Source: Chloroflexota bacterium
GTDB lineage: Bacteria > Chloroflexota > Limnocylindria > Limnocylindrales > CSP1-4
NCBI GenBank assembly: GCA_039933295.1
Contig: JBDTOJ010000202.1
Span: forward strand, 1-49,936
Direction: 5' to 3'
Length of the DNA: 49,936 nt
This document shows, piece after piece, positions 48,204 to 49,936 of the stretch. The translations under genes were made by a program, and so were the position numbers. The notes beneath the pieces are model-generated. The model saw nothing but the letters and a program-made list of their open reading frames with translations. It was not told where the DNA came from and did not search any database. Numbering within the stretch: position 1 is the first letter of the stretch; each line of letters opens with the position of its first letter.

Positions 48204-49156
48204 TGAACGATGTCCAGGTCCACGTGCCCGTCCTCATCGACGAGGTCATGACGATGCTCGCGCCAGCCCCCGGAAGCCTGCAGATCGACGGGACCGTCGG
48301 TGGAGGAGGCCACGCGGAGCGCATTCTCGAGGCGACCGATCCTGATGGCCGCCTTCTCGGTCTTGATGCCGACGGGGCGGCCATCGCCAGGGTCGGGGAC
48401 CGGCTGAGGCCCCGCTACGGCGACCGGCTGCAGTTGCGTCAGGCCAATTTCCGTGACCTGTCGAGCATCGCCCCCGAGGCCGGGTTCGGTGCCGTGGACG
48501 GCTGCTTCCTCGACCTCGGCCTGTCCAGTCACCAGCTTGTCGACACGGACCGGGGGTTCGGGTTCCGGGCTGGTGGCCCACTCGACATGCGGTTCGATAC
48601 ACAGCGCGGCGTTCCGGCGTCCGATTTGCTGGCGACGCTGAACGCCACCGCCCTCGCAGCCCTCTTCCGCCGCTACGGTGAGGAGCCGTTCGCTGGTCGC
48701 ATTGCGCGAGCCATCGTCGAGGCACGGTCCCAAGGCCCCGTCGAGACAGCCGAGCAGCTCGCTGCGCTCGTTGAGCGGGCAGCCCCGTCGCGGGCCGCCG
48801 GACGACGTCGCGTTCATCCGGCCACGCGCGTCTTCCAGGCACTCCGCATTGCAGTTAACGAGGAGCTCGAAGCCCTGGCCGAAGGTTTGGCGGGGGCGCT
48901 CGACCTGTTGCGGCCCGGTGGCCGCCTCGCCGTCCTCAGCTACCACTCGCTTGAGGATCGGATCGTCAAACAGTTCTTTCAGGCGGAACGACGTGGCTGC
49001 AATTGCCCGCCGGAAGCGCCCGTATGCGTCTGTGGTCGGGCTCCCCGAGTCCGCCTCGTCACGCCCAAAGGGATCACCCCCAGAGAGGAGGAAATCGCGA
49101 TGAACCCCCGCGCCCGGAGCGCACGGCTCCGTGTCGCGGAACGCCTCGCCGCCTAG
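48203..49156 (+). CDS. rsmH: 16S rRNA m4C1402 methyltransferase
   Basis: HVPVL, DGTVGGGGH, DLGLSS, PLDMR, FQALRIAVN, SYHSLEDR and NPRARSA.LR. Confidence 0.97.
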   Translation: MNDVQVHVPVLIDEVMTMLAPAPGSLQIDGTVGGGGHAERILEATDPDGRLLGLDADGAAIARVGDRLRPRYGDRLQLRQANFRDLSSIAPEAGFGAVDGCFLDLGLSSHQLVDTDRGFGFRAGGPLDMRFDTQRGVPASDLLATLNATALAALFRRYGEEPFAGRIARAIVEARSQGPVETAEQLAALVERAAPSRAAGRRRVHPATRVFQALRIAVNEELEALAEGLAGALDLLRPGGRLAVLSYHSLEDRIVKQFFQAERRGCNCPPEAPVCVCGRAPRVRLVTPKGITPREEEIAMNPRARSARLRVAERLAA

Positions 49157-49214
49157 ACCAAGGATGCGGATCGACGGGGAGGAGCCGTCGAGCGCCACCT
49201 GAGGAGGAGCCCCC

Positions 49215-49412
49215 ATGAGCAAGCGTCACCAGAACAGCCGCCGCCGGGCATACGGTCGCCGTCAGCACGAGGTTCACGAGCGCCACGATCGACGGGTTGA
49301 TCGAGGTCGTCCCGAGGTGCACTGGGCCGAGGCCGCCGATGCAAACCAGGCCGATCCGCTGTCGTTCATGGACCCTCGAACACCGCGCCTGCGCTTCGGC
49401 TTCGCTGACTGA
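49215..49412 (+). CDS. Small charged protein (65 aa) inserted in the dcw cluster
   Basis: GAGGAGGAG ribosome-binding site 5 nt before the ATG. Its stop overlaps the next start (TGATG). Confidence 0.7.
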   Translation: MSKRHQNSRRRAYGRRQHEVHERHDRRVDRGRPEVHWAEAADANQADPLSFMDPRTPRLRFGFAD

Positions 49413-49801
49413 TGGCTGCGTATCAGGGCGCGCGCCGCCGCGGATTCGAACTGCCGCGACCGGACTTCGACTTTCATGTTCCTCCGGCCTGGGCCCGCAG
49501 CACGCGCTCGTCCGGCACCGGGCTGGTTCGTGCCGGCCGTCCGACGCGAGTCGGCACCATCCTCGTGGCGATCGTCATCGGGTTCACCCTGGCCTTCCTG
49601 TCGCTGAGCCAGAGCGTTCGTGTTTCCGCGACGAGCTACGACATCGTTCGCCTCGGATCTGAGTACGAGCGACTGGGAGCGCTTCGCCAGGATCTGCGAT
49701 CGGACCTCGATCGACTCGGTTCTGAGCCGGCCATCCGCAAGCTCGGACTCGACAACGGACTCAACCAACTGGACGCGCCACTCATCATCCCGGCGCGGTA
49801 G
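49412..49801 (+). CDS. ftsL: FtsL-like division protein
   Basis: Cytoplasmic tail, single TM helix, then a heptad coiled coil. Position between rsmH and ftsI. Confidence 0.72.
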   Translation: MAAYQGARRRGFELPRPDFDFHVPPAWARSTRSSGTGLVRAGRPTRVGTILVAIVIGFTLAFLSLSQSVRVSATSYDIVRLGSEYERLGALRQDLRSDLDRLGSEPAIRKLGLDNGLNQLDAPLIIPAR

Positions 49802-49818
49802 ACAGGCGGAATCAGGCA

Positions 49819-49936
49819 GTGATCCTCGGACGGACGGATTCGCGCGGCCGCCTCACCTTCCTGCTGCTTGCCTTCGTGCTGTTCGCCTGTGCGTTGGTGG
49901 CCCGGCTCGGGTGGTGGCAGATTGCCCAGCGCGACG
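49819..49936 (+). CDS. ftsI: N-terminus of FtsI-like penicillin-binding protein (3' truncated)
   Basis: MILGRTDSRGRLTFLLLAFVLFACALVARLGWWQIAQRD matches the PBP anchor R...RL..(W/L)Q. Expected position in the dcw cluster. Confidence 0.7.
   Translation, partial: MILGRTDSRGRLTFLLLAFVLFACALVARLGWWQIAQRD

Overview
High-GC bacterial chromosome segment with dense, mostly housekeeping coding. The lineage is probably Chloroflexota- or Actinomycetota-like (inference from protein style and gene order). No CRISPR array, integrase or transposase was seen. Contents in order: the 3' part of a cox-like molybdo-flavoprotein cluster (L-M order, then MoeA-like, CoxD/E/F, a MocA-methyltransferase fusion, CoxG); a minus-strand operon (ABC exporter, 67-aa ORF, GNAT, RsgA, GNAT) behind a leader peptide plus terminator; a sulfurtransferase; tRNA-Asn; a diguanylate cyclase; a ferric-reductase/FMN-binding/ApbE flavinylation module with an OmpR-family two-component system and matching TCTCAG direct repeats; msrA plus a decayed second msrA 3' end; lipid-related genes; parAB with DnaA boxes; propionyl-CoA carboxylase, methylmalonyl-CoA mutase and epimerase; sucCD, idh and sdhCDAB; RNase H and rnpB; a LysM protein; and the start of the dcw cluster (mraZ, rsmH, an extra 65-aa ORF, ftsL, ftsI). 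The most notable signal is a 16-bp palindrome, GTCTTTGCGCAAAGAC, found three times around and inside parAB. The ParB here differs from canonical ParB at all four DNA-specificity residues, so this is a candidate non-canonical ParB-parS centromere pair.
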